DNA of 64,000 bases, taken from Okamejei kenojei. Its lineage: Eukaryota. Position 1 is the first letter of the stretch; the number at the start of each line of letters is the position of its first letter. The stretch spans positions 50,220,001-50,284,000 of the forward strand of contig CM069148.1 in the NCBI GenBank assembly GCA_035221665.1. Reading direction: 5' to 3'. The notes below the pieces were generated by a model, which saw only the letters and a list, made by a program, of their open reading frames with translations, was not told the origin of the DNA and made no database searches. The translations under genes and the position numbers were made by a program. Shown piece by piece: positions 12,449 through 26,933 of the stretch.

Positions 12449-13813
12449 CTGCATTTAAACAAAAGAAAGTCTCTCAGATGTGATAATGGCAAACACTGCC
12501 TGAGACAAGGTATGTGAGAAGCTGGATCACACCTCGAGGAAACACTATTATTCTTCCCCACAGTGAAGCCTTCATCTGCCGAAGGATCTGTATCTCACTC
12601 CTGCAGAAAATACCTTCAACTCCTCTTCACTTTGAACCACATTTGTCTTTTGACTTTAGAGACACAGCCCTTTGGCCCACCGAGTCCGCGCCGACCAGTG
12701 ATCACCCTGTACACTAACGCTATCCTACACATTAATGACTATTTACAATTTTAACAAATGCAAATTAGGAGTGGCACGATGGAGCAGTGGACAAGTTGTT
12801 GCCTTACAGCGCCAGTGAGCCTGGATCGATTCTGACTATAAATGCTTTCTGTATGGAGTTTGTACGTTCTCCCCCGTGACCGCGTGGGTTTTCTCCAGCT
12901 GCTCTGGTTTGCTCCCGTACTCCAAAGACGTACAGGTTGGAGGTTAATTGGCTTTGGTACAAATTGTCCCTGATGTGTAGGATAGTGCTATGTGTGGGGA
13001 TCACTGGTCGGCACGGACTGGGGTAGCCTAGAATACAAGAGATATTGTGGTTGTAGCAGGAGAAAAGGAGTGGACCAGGAAGAAGCGCTGGGATCACATG
13101 ACTCCCTGGAGGAGCATCGGGATGTAGGAATTACTTCAGAAGGAAATTGGAACGACTAAGAGAAAGCATGAGATCGCTTTGGCTGAGAAGATTAAGGAGA
13201 ATGCAACAAGTTTTCATAGGTATATGAAGGGGAATAGAGAATTGGATTAGTAAAGGATGCAGAATTAGCCTGAAGTTCATAAGTTGTGGGAGCAGAATTA
13301 GGCCATTCAGCCTATCAGATGCAGAGAGTGAAAGATGCAAGGAACTGTAGATGCTGGTTTACAAAAATATTGGACACAAAGTGGTGGAGTAAGTGATTCA
13401 AGTAGCAGTTGTGGAAAACACGGATAGGTAATCTTTTGGGTTGGGACCTTTTTTGAACTAGAGACCCTGTCTAGTGGTGTGCCTCCCATTGCTGTTTGTT
13501 ATCAAGGTATAGGGTCTGTTTCCACACTGTACTATGACTGTGACTATGACTATGTGCTGTGCGGGTTTTATACACAGAGGGTGGTGGGGTGACTGGGACT
13601 CGCTGCCAGGGTGGTGGTGGAGGCAGATACGATAATGACGTTTAAGAGACTTCTGCATAGACACACGGATATGCTGGGAAAATATAGGGATGGGTAATGT
13701 GCAGGAAGATAAGTGATGGTCTTGGCATCATGTTCAGCACAGATATTGTGGGCTGAAGGGCCTGTTCCTTCGCTGTACTGCTCTATGTTTCTATGTTTCC
13801 GCAAAAGCATTAC

Positions 13814-13904
13814 CTTCCTGTTTTACTGCACGTGGATTTTCCAGTTTCCTTGCTTGATTTTTATGCTCATTCGGGACTTCCTGTGGTGACACCTGAATCC
13901 GGCG
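13814..13904 (-). CDS. 30-aa repeat exon type A, unit 3 (91 nt, +1 indel)
   Basis: Splice sites intact; one duplicated base. Confidence 0.5.
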
Positions 13905-14258
13905 CTGTATTAAAATACAAGAAGGTCTCACATGTAATGATGCCAACGCTGCCTGAGATAAGGTATCCCAACACTTTCGGGAAGCTGGATCACAGGACTC
14001 GAACTTTTGTAGTTTCCCACCAATATTTTAAGAGCACAAAAGAGAAGCCTTAACCTGACTAAAGATCTAACATGTTGCTGCTGCAAAAAGTTACGTACAA
14101 TTGTTATTTAGTTAAATACATCACTATTGACATCAAATTTCATCTGATCCGTACCTGCTGTAAGCCAAATGTTTAATGGACTTCAGAATGAACGAAACAA
14201 TTCGGCAAGTGCACTTAGAGTCATAGACTCATAGAGCGATACAGCGTGGAAACAGGCC

Positions 14259-16078
14259 AGATGTCCTGCTCGACCAGCTTCATGAGACCATTCATGACCT
14301 TCTCTTTCAGGGCTACTAGTACCGGCTTTGCAGAACACTGTGATGGGGTCACATCCTCTGTCCTAGTTACCAACTTGACCTTGCCAGGCAGCCTCCCACG
14401 TCTTTTCGTCATCAAAGACATCTTTGTATCTCTTGAGTAATGAGCCAGCCTCACTAACAGCATTCAGGCTCTTTGAAGTTCTCATAGTGAACGTGATGAG
14501 TTTTCACCTGTGGTGTAGCTTTGCCGCTCAGGAGCGGTGTGAGCCAGCCTTCCTCTACCACTATGTAGTGAACACGGGTACTTCTTGTTCGTCTCGTTCC
14601 GGAGTATGACTTTGGTCCTACCTTGCGCCAGCAGGTTGGATCTGTTGTACATCTTTAAGATGATTTTCTCTCATCTAATGTCCTCTTTGTTGGGTACAAG
14701 ATCCTTGGGTATCACATTTAACACTGGCACCAGAGTCAATTTGAAATTTGATGGGTGCTGTGCCGACCTGCATCTCAGCGAATAGGCCTGAAGAGGAATT
14801 GCTTCCAGCTGCATTGATCTCAATGCAACTCACAGACTCTGTCGGAAGTGGGCGTGTCAGATGTCTCTACGACCTTGTGCAGACACCGTTTCTGCGAGCT
14901 CTCCTTCCTCTACTTGCAGCAGCAGGCGAAGTGGTTTTGACGTCCGCATCTGTTGCAGACCTTCCCATATGCTGGGCATTCCTCCTTCCTATGCTTGTGC
15001 ATCCTTGCACAAAACTTACACTTGACTAGTCCCTGATTCTTCCTCTGCAAAGGAAAATCAATCACCTTTCCCCTCGGTTTGAATCGTTCCACCTTGTGTA
15101 TTGTCGGCTCTTCGCCGATGACCTGCATTCTTGCTGCTGTTACCTCCGAGGATCTACATATGTCCACAGTTCCCTGCAGTGGTCAGATTCCTCTTCTGAA
15201 GGAGTGTCTTCCTAGTTGACTGGTCCTCAATACCAATGACGATGCGATCTCAAATGAGCCTTTCTCTCAGGCAATCACAGAAGTTGCATGTTTTAGCAAG
15301 CTCCTTCAGCTCTGCAACTCATGATTTATTGCTTTCCCCTGATTTCTGGTCTCGTTTATTGATAATGAATCTTTCATACGTTTCATTCGTCTCTCCTATG
15401 ATGATGGTTGACATCTTGTCGATGATGACTTTCACATCCGTCTCATCTGTTACCGTTTTGAATGTCAGGGTATTGATGATTCACACACCTTCTGGCCCAA
15501 CAGAATGCAGGAATACTGCTTTTTGATACTGTTTCTCTTTCTTATCCACTTCTATTATCACTTCATAATTGTCATGCATTCGTTTAAACATTTTCCACTC
15601 TTCCACCCTGTTCTCTTTGAGCTTTTTGGAGCCACGTGGAAAGATGGACTGGTCTGCGCCATTTTGAACTATCAGCATATTCCCTCTCTCTTAATAGCTT
15701 ATTTTATCTTTAAGCAGTCTCCCACAGCACGTCATTTTACACTTCGACTCCCACAGCACTGATTTACACGCAGCGTCTTATCTTTGTGTGTTCACTGACC
15801 AGCATCCACTCATGCATGCAGCTAGTCCGGTCACTGAGTGTTGAAACACTGAAACACAAATCTTCACTTTCACTGCTGCCACCATATTTTGATATTTGTC
15901 TGCTTACAAAATAAGTAAACTAGCATATAATATACAGAGAAAGATGGTTGCACACACACTCATGTTGGGATCAAAAGCAGGTATGATTTATTTCCAAGTC
16001 AAGGGTCACTGACTGACTTACTGAGCATTTGCGATAATGAGTACAGCTCATACGCATAATTAAATGGATATTGTCACA
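14259..16078 (-). mobile_element. Ty3/Gypsy fragment, unit 3
   Basis: Copy of 3367-5178. Confidence 0.85.
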
Positions 16079-17490
16079 ATATCCCTCCAACCTGTCCATG
16101 TACCTGTCGAACAGTTTCTTAAATTTTGTGATAGTCCCCATCTTCACTACCTCCTCTGGCAGCTTGTTCCATACAGCCACTACCCTCTGTGTAAAAATGT
16201 TATCTCTCAGATCTTTTCCCTTTCACCTTAAACCTATGTCCTCTGGTTCTCGATTCACCTAATCTGGGCAAGAGACTCTGTGCATCTACCCGATTTATTC
16301 CTCTCATGATCCTATACACCTCTGTAAGATCACTCCTGCACTTCAAGGAATAGGAGTACTCAACCTCTCCCTGTAGCTCACACCCTCTAGTCCTGGCAAC
16401 ATCCTCTAAATCTTCTCTGCACCCTTTCCAGCTTGTCAACATATTTCCTGTAACATGGTGCTAGAACTGAGCACAGTATACCAAATGCGGTCGCACCAAT
16501 GTCTTATACAACTGCATCATGACCTCGCAACTTATACACTCAATACCCTGGCTGATGAAGGCCAATGTGCCAAAAGTATTTTTGACCACCCAACCTACCT
16601 GCGACCACTTTGAATGAACTAAGCACCTGCACTCCTAGATCCTTCTGCTCCACAACACTCCCCAGGGCCCTACCATTCACTGTGTAGGTCCTGCCCACAT
16701 TAGACTTCCCAAAAAGCAACACCTCACATTTCTCTGCATTAAATTCCATCAATCAATCTTTAGCCCATCGGGACAATCGATCAAGATTCTGCTGCAATTT
16801 TTCACAACCTACTTCACCATCTGCAAAACCACCCACTTTTGTATCATCTGCAAAGTTGTGAATCTTGCCAAGTTTTCATCCAAATCACTTTTGTGAGTCT
16901 GTGGAATTCACTGCCTCAGGGCGATGGAGGCCATGGATACTTTCACGAGAGAGCTAGATAGGCCTCTTAAAGTTAGCAGAGTCAGAGATATGTGGAGAAG
17001 CAGGAACGGGGCACTGATTGTGGATGATCAGCCATGATCACATTGAATGGCTTGAAGGGCCGAATGGCCTCCTCCTGCACCTAGTGTCTATTGTCTACCA
17101 GGCAGAAATACAATCAAGTCAAACTCAAGTACAATAGATGGAACAAAGGGGAAGATACTGAATGCAGAATATCGTTCTATACTGACAGGAAGAAAATAAG
17201 ATTTAAAAGATCTGTCCTTGCCGGGAGAACAAAGGAATGCAAAGGGCACAATGAGCAACAACTGAATTTGAATATGTGGTTTTCCACATAGAAAATCTGA
17301 CATATATGTGAATTTTCCTGATAGGCATATAAAATTGAAATTACGAATATGCTGGGAATGGAGGGATATGGGTTATGTGCAGAAAGCTAATTGATGGTCT
17401 TGGCGTTACATTCAGCCCAGACATTGTGGGCTGAAGGGCCTGTTCCTGTGCTGTACTGTTCCATGTGCGATATTTCAGCAAAAGCATTAC

Positions 17491-17581
17491 CTTCCTGTTT
17501 TCCTGCACTTTGATTTTCCAGATTCTCTTTTTCCATTTTACCTTCATCAAGACTTCTTATGGTGACATCTGAATCCGGGCG
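17491..17581 (-). CDS. 30-aa repeat exon type B, unit 3 (91 nt, +1 indel)
   Basis: Splice sites intact; extra base in a homopolymer. Confidence 0.5.
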
Positions 17582-17797
17582 CTGTATTAAAAACACAGCA
17601 AGGTGACAAAAACTGAACATGAATGCGTGGAATTCCAAACATAAAATTCCACATTTGTGAGTATTGACCTGAATATTGTATATAATATTTGCAGGGATTA
17701 ACTAAATATAAATCATGTACAGTCTGCAGACAATGGCTGGACTTCAAATGTCACAGAAAGGCCAACAATACTCTGGATGCTTTGAGAAATGCCTTAC

Positions 17798-17887
17798 CTT
17801 CACTTGCTCCTGCATTTTGGGTATCCTGCCTCTCTGTCTCCTGTTCACCTTCATCACAACTCCCTGTGGCAGCGTCTGACTTGGGCT
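17798..17887 (-). CDS. 30-aa repeat exon type C, unit 3 (90 nt)
   Basis: Phase 1-1, open frame. Confidence 0.65.
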
Positions 17888-19248
17888 CTGCATTTAAACA
17901 AAAGAAAGTCTCTCAGATGTGATAATGGCAACACTGCCTGAGACAAGGTATGTGAGAAGCTGGATCACACCTCGAGGAACACTATTATTCTTCCCCACAG
18001 TGAAGCCTTCATCTGCCGAAGGATCTGTATCTCACTCCTGCAGAAAATACCTTCAACTCCTCTTCACTTTGAACCACATTTGTCTTTTGACTTTAGAGAC
18101 ACAGCCCTTTGGCCCACCGAGTCCGCGCCGACCAGTGATCACCCTGTACACTAACGCTATCCTACACATTAATGACTATTTACAATTTTACCAAATGCAA
18201 ATTAGGAGTGGCACGATGGAGCAGTGGACAAGTTGTTGCCTTACAGCGCCAGTGAGCCTGGATCGATTCTGACTATAAATGCTTTCTGTATGGAGTTTGT
18301 ACGTTCTCCCCGTGACCGCGTGGGTTTTCTCCAGCTGCTCTGGTTTGCTCCCGTACTCCAAAGACGTACAGGTTGGAGGTTAATTGGCTTTGGTACAAAT
18401 TGTCCCTGATGTGTAGGATAGTGCTATGTGTGGGGATCACTGGTCGGCACGGACTGGGGTAGCCTAGAATACAAGAGATATTGTGGTTGTAGCAGGAGAA
18501 AAGGAGTGGACCAGGAAGAAGCGCTGGGATCACATGACTCCCTGGAGGAGCATCGGGATGTAGGAATTACTTCAGAAGGAAATTGGAACGACTAAGAGAA
18601 AGCATGAGATCGCTTTGGCTGAGAAGATTAAGGAGAATGCAACAAGTTTTCATAGGTATATGAAGGGGAATAGAGAATTGGATTAGTAAAGGATGCAGAA
18701 TTAGCCTGAAGTTCATAAGTTGTGGGAGCAGAATTAGGCCATTCAGCCTATCAGATGCAGAGAGTGAAAGATGCAAGGAACTGTAGATGCTGGTTTACAA
18801 AAATATGGACACAAAGTGGTGGAGTAAGTGATTCAAGTAGCAGTTGTGGAAAACACGGATAGGTAATCTTTTGGGTTGGGACCTTTTTTGAACTAGAGAC
18901 CCTGTCTAGTGGTGTGCCTCCCATTGCTGTTTGTTATCAAGGTATAGGGTCTGTTTCCACACTGTATCTATGACTGTGACTATGACTATGTGCTGTGCGG
19001 GTTTTATACACAGAGGGTGGTGGGTGACTGGGACTCGCTGCCAGGGGTGGTGGTGGAGGCAGATACGATAATGACGTTTAAGAGACTTCTGCATAGACAC
19101 ACGGATATGCTGGGAATATAGGGATATGGGTAATGTGCAGGAAGATAAGTGATGGTCTTGGCATCATGTTCAGCACAGATATTGTGGGCTGAAGGGCCTG
19201 TTCCTGTGCTGTACTGCTCTATGTTCTATGTTTCCGCAAAAGCATTAC

Positions 19249-19338
19249 CTTCCTGTTTTACTGCACGTGGATTTTCCAGTTTCCTTGCTTGATTTTTATG
19301 CTCATCGGGACTTCCTGTGGTGACACCTGAATCCGGCG
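19249..19338 (-). CDS. 30-aa repeat exon type A, unit 4 (90 nt)
   Basis: (A)PDSGVTTGSPDEHKNQARKLENPRAVKQE, flanked by cag| and |gtaatg. Confidence 0.7.
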
Positions 19339-19690
19339 CTGTATTAAAATACAAGAAGGTCTCACATGTAATGATGCCAACGCTGCCTGAGATAAGGTAT
19401 CCCAACACTTTCGGGAAGCTGGATCACAGGACTCGAACTTTTGTAGTTTCCCACCAATATTTTAAGAGCACAAAAGAGAAGCCTTAACCTGACTAAAGAT
19501 CTACATGTTGCTGCTGCAAAAGTTACGTACAATTGTTATTTAGTTAAATACATCACTATTGACATCAAATTTCATCTGATCCGTACCTGCTGTAAGCCAA
19601 ATGTTTAATGGACTTCAGAATGAACGAAACAATTCGGCAAGTGCACTTAGAGTCATAGACTCATAGAGCGATACAGCGTGGAAACAGGCC

Positions 19691-21505
19691 AGATGTCCTG
19701 CTCGACCAGCTTCATGAGACCATTCATGACCTTCTCTTTTCAGGGCTACTAGTACCGGCTTTGCAGAACACTGTGATGGGGTCACATCCTCTGTCCTAGT
19801 TACCAACTTGACCTTGCCAGGCAGCCTCCCACGTCTTTCGTCATCAAAGACATCTTTGTATCTCTTGAGTAATGAGCCAGCCTCACTAACAGCATTCAGG
19901 CTCTTGAAGTTCTCATAGTGAACGTGATGAGTTTCACCTGTGGTGTAGCTTTGCCGCTCAGGAGCGGTGTGAGCCAGCCTTCCTCTACCACTATGTAGTG
20001 AACACGGTACTTCTTGTTCGTCTCGTTCCGGAGTATGACTTTGGTCCTACCTTGCGCCAGCAGGTTGGATCTGTTGTACATCTTTAAGATGATTTTCTCT
20101 CATCTAATGTCCTCTTTGTTGGGTACAAGATCCTTGGGTATCACATTAACACTGGCACCAGAGTCAATTTGAAATTTGATGGGTGCTGTGCCGACCTGCA
20201 TCTCAGCGAATAGGCCTGAAGAGGAATTGCTTCCAGCTGCATTGATCTCAATGCAACTCACAGACTCTGTCGGAAGTGGGCGTGTCAGATGTCTCTACGA
20301 CCTTGTGCAGACACCGTTTCTGCGAGCTCTCCTTCCTCTACTTGCAGCAGCAGGCGAAGTGGTTTTGACGTCCGCATCTGTTGCAGACCTTCCCATATGC
20401 TGGGCATTCCTCCTTCCTATGCTTGTGAATCCTTGCACAGAACTTACACTTGACTAGTCCCTGATTCTTCCTCTGCAAAGGAAAATCAATCATCTTTCCC
20501 CTCGGTTTGAATCGTTCCACCTTGTGTATTGTCGGCTCTTCGCCGATGACCTGCATTCTTGCTGCTGTTACCTCCGAGGATCTACATATGTCCACAGTTC
20601 CCTGCAGTGTCAGATTCCTCTTCTGAAGGAGTGTCTTCCTAGTTGACTGGTCCTCAATACCAATGACGATGCGATCTCAAATGAGCCTTTCTCTCAGGCA
20701 ATCACAGAAGTTGCATGTTTTAGCAAGCTCCTTCAGCTCTGCAACTCATGATTTATTGCTTTCCCCTGATTTCTGGTCTCGTTTATTGATAATGAATCTT
20801 TCATACGTTTCATTCGTCTCTCCTATGATGATGGTTGACATCTTGTCGATGATGACTTTCACATCCGTCTCATCTGTTACCGTTTTGAATGTCAGGGTAT
20901 TGATGATTCACACACCTTCTGGCCCAACAGAATGCAGGAATACTGCTTTTTGATACTGTTTCTCTTTCTTATCCACTTCTATTATCACTTCATAATTGTC
21001 ATGCATTCGTTTAAACATTTTCCACTCTTCCATCCTGTTCTCTTTGAGCTTTTTGGAGCCACGTAGAAAGATGGACTGGTCTGCGCCATTTTGAACTATC
21101 AGCATATTCCCTCTCTCTTAATAGCTTATTTTATCTTTAAGCAGTCTCCCACAGCACGTCATTTTACACTTCGACTCCCACAGCACTGATTTACACGCAG
21201 CGTCTTATCTTTGTGTGTTCACTGACCAGCATCCACTCATGCATGCAGCTAGTCCGGTCACTGAGTGTTGAAACACTGAAACACAAATCTTCACTTTCAC
21301 TGCTGCCACCATATTTTGATATTTGTCTGCTTACAAAATAAGTAAACTAGCATATAATATACAGAGAAAGATGGTTGCACACACACTCATGTTGGGATCA
21401 AAAGCAGGTATGATTTATTTCCAAGTCAAGGGTCACTGACTGACTTACTGAGCATTTGCGATAATGAGTACAGCTCATACGCATAATTAAATGGATATTG
21501 TCACA
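19691..21505 (-). mobile_element. Ty3/Gypsy fragment, unit 4
   Basis: Copy of 3367-5178. Confidence 0.85.
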
Positions 21506-22918
21506 ATATCCCTCCAAACCTGTCCATGTACCTGTCGAAACAGTTTCTTAAATTTTGTGATAGTCCCCATCTTCACTACCTCCTCTGGCAGCTTGTTCCA
21601 TACAGCCACTACCCTCTGTGTAAAAATGTTATCTCTCAGATCTTTTCCCTTTCACCTTAAACCTATGTCCTCTGGTTCTCGATTCACCTAATCTGGGCAA
21701 GAGACTCTGTGCATCTACCCGATTTATTCCTCTCATGATCCTATACACCTCTGTAAGATCACTCCTGCACTTCAAGGAATAGGAGTACTCAACCTCTCCC
21801 TGTAGCTCACACCCTCTAGTCCTGGCAACATCCTCTAAATCTTCTCTGCACCCTTTCCAGCTTGTCAACATATTTCCTGTAACATGGTGCTAGAACTGAG
21901 CACAGTATACCAAATGCGGTCGCACCAATGTCTTATACAACTGCATCATGACCTCGCAACTTATACACTCAATACCCTGGCTGATGAAGGCCAATGTGCC
22001 AAAAGTATTTTTGACCACCCAACCTACCTGCGACCACTTTGAATGAACTAAGCACCTGCACTCCTAGATCCTTCTGCTCCACAACACTCCCCAGGGCCCT
22101 ACCATTCACTGTGTAGGTCCTGCCACATTAGACTTCCCAAAAAGCAACACCTCACATTTCTCTGCATTAAATTCCATCAATCAATCTCTAGCCCATCGGG
22201 ACAATCGATCAAGATTCTGCTGCAATTTTTCACAACCTACACCACCATCTGCAAAACCACCCACTTTTGTATCATCTGCAAAGTTGTGAATCTTGCCAAG
22301 TTTTCATCCAAATCACTTTTGTGAGTCTGTGGAATTCACTGCCTCAGGGCGATGGAGGCCATGGATACTTTCACGAGAGAGCTAGATAGGCCTCTTAAAG
22401 TTAGCAGAGTCAGAGATATGTGGAGAAGCAGGAACGGGGCACTGATTGTGGATGATCAGCCATGATCACATTGAATGGCTTGAAGGGCCGAATGGCCTCC
22501 TCCTGCACCTAGTGTCTATTGTCTACCAGGCAGAAATACAATCAAGTCAAACTCAAGTACAATAGATGGAACAAAGGGGAAGATACTGAATGCAGAATAT
22601 CGTTCTATACTGACAGGAAGAAAATAAGATTTAAAAGATCTGTACTTGCCGGGAGAACAAAGGAATGCAAAGGGCACAATGAGCAACAACTGAATTTGAA
22701 TATGTGGTTTTCCACATAGAAAATCTGACATATATGTGAATTTTCCTGATAGGCATATAAAATTGAAATTACGAATATGCTGGGAATGGAGGGATATGGG
22801 TTATGTGCAGAAAGCTAATTGATGGTCTTGGCGTTACATTCAGCCCAGACATTGTGGGCTGAAGGGCCTGTTCCTGTGCTGTACTGTTCCATGTGCGATA
22901 TTTCAGCAAAAGCATTAC

Positions 22919-23008
22919 CTTCCTGTTTTCCTGCACTTTGATTTTCCAGATTCTCTTTTTCCATTTTACCTTCATCAAGACTTCTTATGGTGACATCTGA
23001 ATCCGGCG
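22919..23008 (-). CDS. 30-aa repeat exon type B, unit 4 (90 nt)
   Basis: (A)PDSDVTIRSLDEGKMEKENLENQSAGKQE, flanked by cag| and |gtaatg. Confidence 0.7.
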
Positions 23009-23223
23009 CTGTATTAAAACACAGCAAGGTGACAAAAACTGAACATGAATGCGTGGAATTCCAAACATAAAATTCCACATTTGTGAGTATTGACCTGAAT
23101 ATTGTATATAATATTTGCAGGGATTAACTAAATATAAATCATGTACAGTCTGCAGACAATGGCTGGACTTCAAATGTCACAGAAAGGCCAACAATACTCT
23201 GGATGCTTTGAGAAATGCCTTAC

Positions 23224-23313
23224 CTTCACTTGCTCCTGCATTTTGGGTATCCTGCCTCTCTGTCTCCTGTTCACCTTCATCACAACTCCCTGTGGCAGCG
23301 TCTGACTTGGGCT
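23224..23313 (-). CDS. 30-aa repeat exon type C, unit 4 (90 nt)
   Basis: (E)PKSDAATGSCDEGEQETERQDTQNAGASE, flanked by cag| and |gtaagg. Confidence 0.7.
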
Positions 23314-24675
23314 CTGCATTTAAACAAAAGAAAGTCTCTCAGATGTGATAATGGCAACACTGCCTGAGACAAGGTATGTGAGAAGCTGGATCACACCTCG
23401 AGGAACACTATTATTCTTCCCCACAGTGAAGCCTTCATCTGCCGAAGGATCTGTATCTCACTCCTGCAGAAAATACCTTCAACTCCTCTTCACTTTGAAC
23501 CACATTTGTCTTTTGACTTTAGAGACACAGCCCTTTGGCCCACCGAGTCCGCGCCGACCAGTGATCACCCTGTACACTAACGCTATCCTACACATTAATG
23601 ACTATTTACAATTTTACCAAATGCAAATTAGGAGTGGCACGATGGAGCAGTGGACAAGTTGTTGCCTTACAGCGCCAGTGAGCCTGGATCGATTCTGACT
23701 ATAAATGCTTTCTGTATGGAGTTTGTACGTTCTCTCCCGTGACCGCGTGGGTTTTCTCCAGCTGCTCTGGTTTGCTCCCGTACTCCAAAGACGTACAGGT
23801 TGGAGGTTAATTGGCTTTGGTACAAATTGTCCCTGATGTGTAGGATAGTGCTATGTGTGGGGATCACTGGTCGGCACGGACTGGGGTAGCCTAGAATACA
23901 AGAGATATTGTGGTTGTAGCAGGAGAAAAGGAGTGGACCAGGAAGAAGCGCTGGGATCACATGACTCCCTGGAGGAGCATCGGGATGTAGGAATTACTTC
24001 AGAAGGAAATTGGAACGACTAAGAGAAAGCATGAGATCGCTTTGGCTGAGAAGATTAAGGAGAATGCAACAAGTTTTCATAGGTATATGAAGGGGAATAG
24101 AGAATTGGATTAGTAAAGGATGCAGAATTAGCCTGAAGTTCATAAGTTGTGGGAGCAGAATTAGGCCATTCAGCCTATCAGATGCAGAGAGTGAAAGATA
24201 CAAGGAACTGTAGATGCTGGTTTACAAAAATATGGACACAAAGTGGTGGAGTAAGTGATTCAAGTAGCAGTTGTGGAAAACACGGATAGGTAATCTTTTG
24301 GGGTGGGACCTTTTTTGAACTAGAGACCCTGTCTAGTGGTGTGCCTCCCATTGCTGTTTGTTATCAAGGTATAGGGTCTGTTTCCACACTGTATCTATGA
24401 CTGTGACTATGACTATGTGCTGTGCGGGTTTTATACACAGAGGGTGGTGGGTGACTGGGACTCGCTGCCAGGGGTGGTGGTGGAGGCAGATACGATAATG
24501 ACGTTTAAGAGACTTCTGCATAGACACACGGATATGCTGGGAATATAGGGATATGGGTAATGTGCAGGAAGATAAGTGATGGTCTTGGCATCATGTTCAG
24601 CACAGATATTGTGGGCTGAAGGGCCTGTTCCTGTGCTGTACTGCTCTATGTTCTATGTTTCCGCAAAAGCATTAC

Positions 24676-24765
24676 CTTCCTGTTTTACTGCACGTGGATT
24701 TTCCAGTTTCCTTGCTTGATTTTTATGCTCATCGGGACTTCCTGTGGTGACATCTGAATCCGGCG
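24676..24765 (-). CDS. 30-aa repeat exon type A, unit 5 (90 nt)
   Basis: (A)PDSDVTTGSPDEHKNQARKLENPRAVKQE, flanked by cag| and |gtaatg. Confidence 0.7.
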
Positions 24766-25117
24766 CTGTATTAAAATACAAGAAGGTCTCACATGTAATG
24801 ATGCCAACGCTGCCTGAGATAAGGTATCCCAACACTTTCGGGAAGCTGGATCACAGGACTCGAACTTTTGTAGTTTCCCACCAATATTTTAAGAGCACAA
24901 AAGAGAAGCCTTAACCTGACTAAAGATCTACATGTTGCTGCTGCAAAAGTTACGTACAATTGTTATTTAGTTAAATACATCACTATTGACATCAAATTTC
25001 ATCTGATCCGTACCTGCTGTAAGCCAAATGTTTAATGGACTTCAGAATGAACGAAACAATTCGGCAAGTGCACTTAGAGTCATAGACTCATAGAGCGATA
25101 CAGCGTGGAAACAGGCC

Positions 25118-26933
25118 AGATGTCCTGCTCGACCAGCTTCATGAGACCATTCATGACCTTCTCTTTCAGGGCTACTGGTACCGGCTTTGCAGAACACTGT
25201 GATGGGGTCACATCCTCTGTCCTAGTTACCAACTTGACCTTGCCAGGCAGCCTCCCACGTCTTTCGTCATCAAAGACATCTTTGTATCTCTTGATTAATG
25301 AGCCAGCCTCACTAACAGCATTCAGGCTCTTGAAGTTCTCATAGTGAACGTGATGAGTTTCACCTGTGGTGTAGCTTTGCCGCTCAGGAGCGGTGTGAGC
25401 CAGCCGTCCTCTACCACTATGTAGTGAACACGGTACTTCTTGTTGTTCGTCTCGTTCCGGAGTATGACTTTGGTCCCCTTGCGCCAGCAGGTTGGATCTG
25501 TTGTACATCTTTAAGATGATTTTGTCTCATCTAATGTCCTCTTTGTTGGGTACAAGATCCTTGGGAATCACATTAACACTGGCACCAGAGTCAATTTGAA
25601 ATTTGATGGGTGCTGTGCCAACCTGCATCTCAGCGAATAGGCCTGAAGAGGAATTGCTTCCAGCTGCATTGATCTCAATGTAACTCACAGACTCTGTCGG
25701 AAGTGGGCGTGTCAGATGTCTCTACGACCTTGTGCAGACACCGTTTCTGCGAGCTCTCCTTCCTCTACTTGCAGTAGCAGGCGAAGTGGTTTTGACGTCC
25801 GCATCTGTTGCAGACCTTCCCATATACTGGGCATTCCTCCTTCCTACGCTTGTGCATCCTTGCACAGAACCTACACTTGACTAGTCCCTGATTCTTCCTC
25901 TGCAAAGGAAAATCAATCATCTTTCCCCTCGGTTTTAATCGTTCCACCTTGTGTATTGTCGGTTCTTCGCCGATGACCTGCATTCTTGCCGCTGTTACCT
26001 CCGAGGATCTACATATGTCCACAGTCCCCTGCAGTGTCAGATTCCTCTTCTGAAGGAGTGTCTTCCTAGTTGACTGGTCCTGAATACCAATGACGATGCG
26101 ATCTCAAATGAGCCTTTCTCTCAGGCAATCACAGAAGTTGCATGTTTTAGCAAGCTCCTTCAGCTCTGCAACTCATGATTTATTGCTTTCCCCTGATTTC
26201 TGGTCTCGTTTATTGAAAATGAATCTTTCATACGTTTCATTCGTCTCTCCTATGATGATGGTTGACATCTTGTCGATGATGACTTTCACATCCGTCTCAT
26301 CTGTTACCGTTTTGAATGTCAGGGTATTGATGATTCACACACCTTCTGGCCCAACAGAATGCAGGAATACTGCTTTTTGATACTGTTTCTCTTTCTTATC
26401 CACTTCTATTATCACTTCATAATTGTCATGCATTCGTTTAAACATTTTCCACTCTTCCACCCTGTTCTCTTTGAGCTTTTTGCAGCCACGTGGAAAGATG
26501 GACTGGTCTGCGCCATTTTGAACTATCAGCATATTCCTTTTCTCTTAATAGCTTATTTCATCTTTAAGCAGTCTCCCACAGCACGTCATTTTACACTTCG
26601 ACTCCCACAGCACTGATTTACACGCAGCGTCTTATCTTTGTGTGTTCACTGACCAGCATCCACTCATGCATGCAGCTAGTCCGGTCACTGAGTGTTGAAA
26701 CACTGAAACACAAATCTTCACTTTCACTGCTGCCACCATATTTTGATATTTGTCTGCTTACAAAATAAGTAAACTAGCATATAATATACAGAGAAAGATG
26801 GCTGCACACACACTCATGTTGGGATCAAAAGCAGGTATGATTTATTTCCAAGTCAAGGGTCACTGACTGACTTACTGAGCATTTGCGATAATGAGTACAG
26901 CTCATACGCATAAATTAAATGGATATTGTCACA
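25118..26933 (-). mobile_element. Ty3/Gypsy fragment, unit 5
   Basis: Copy of 3367-5178. Confidence 0.85.
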
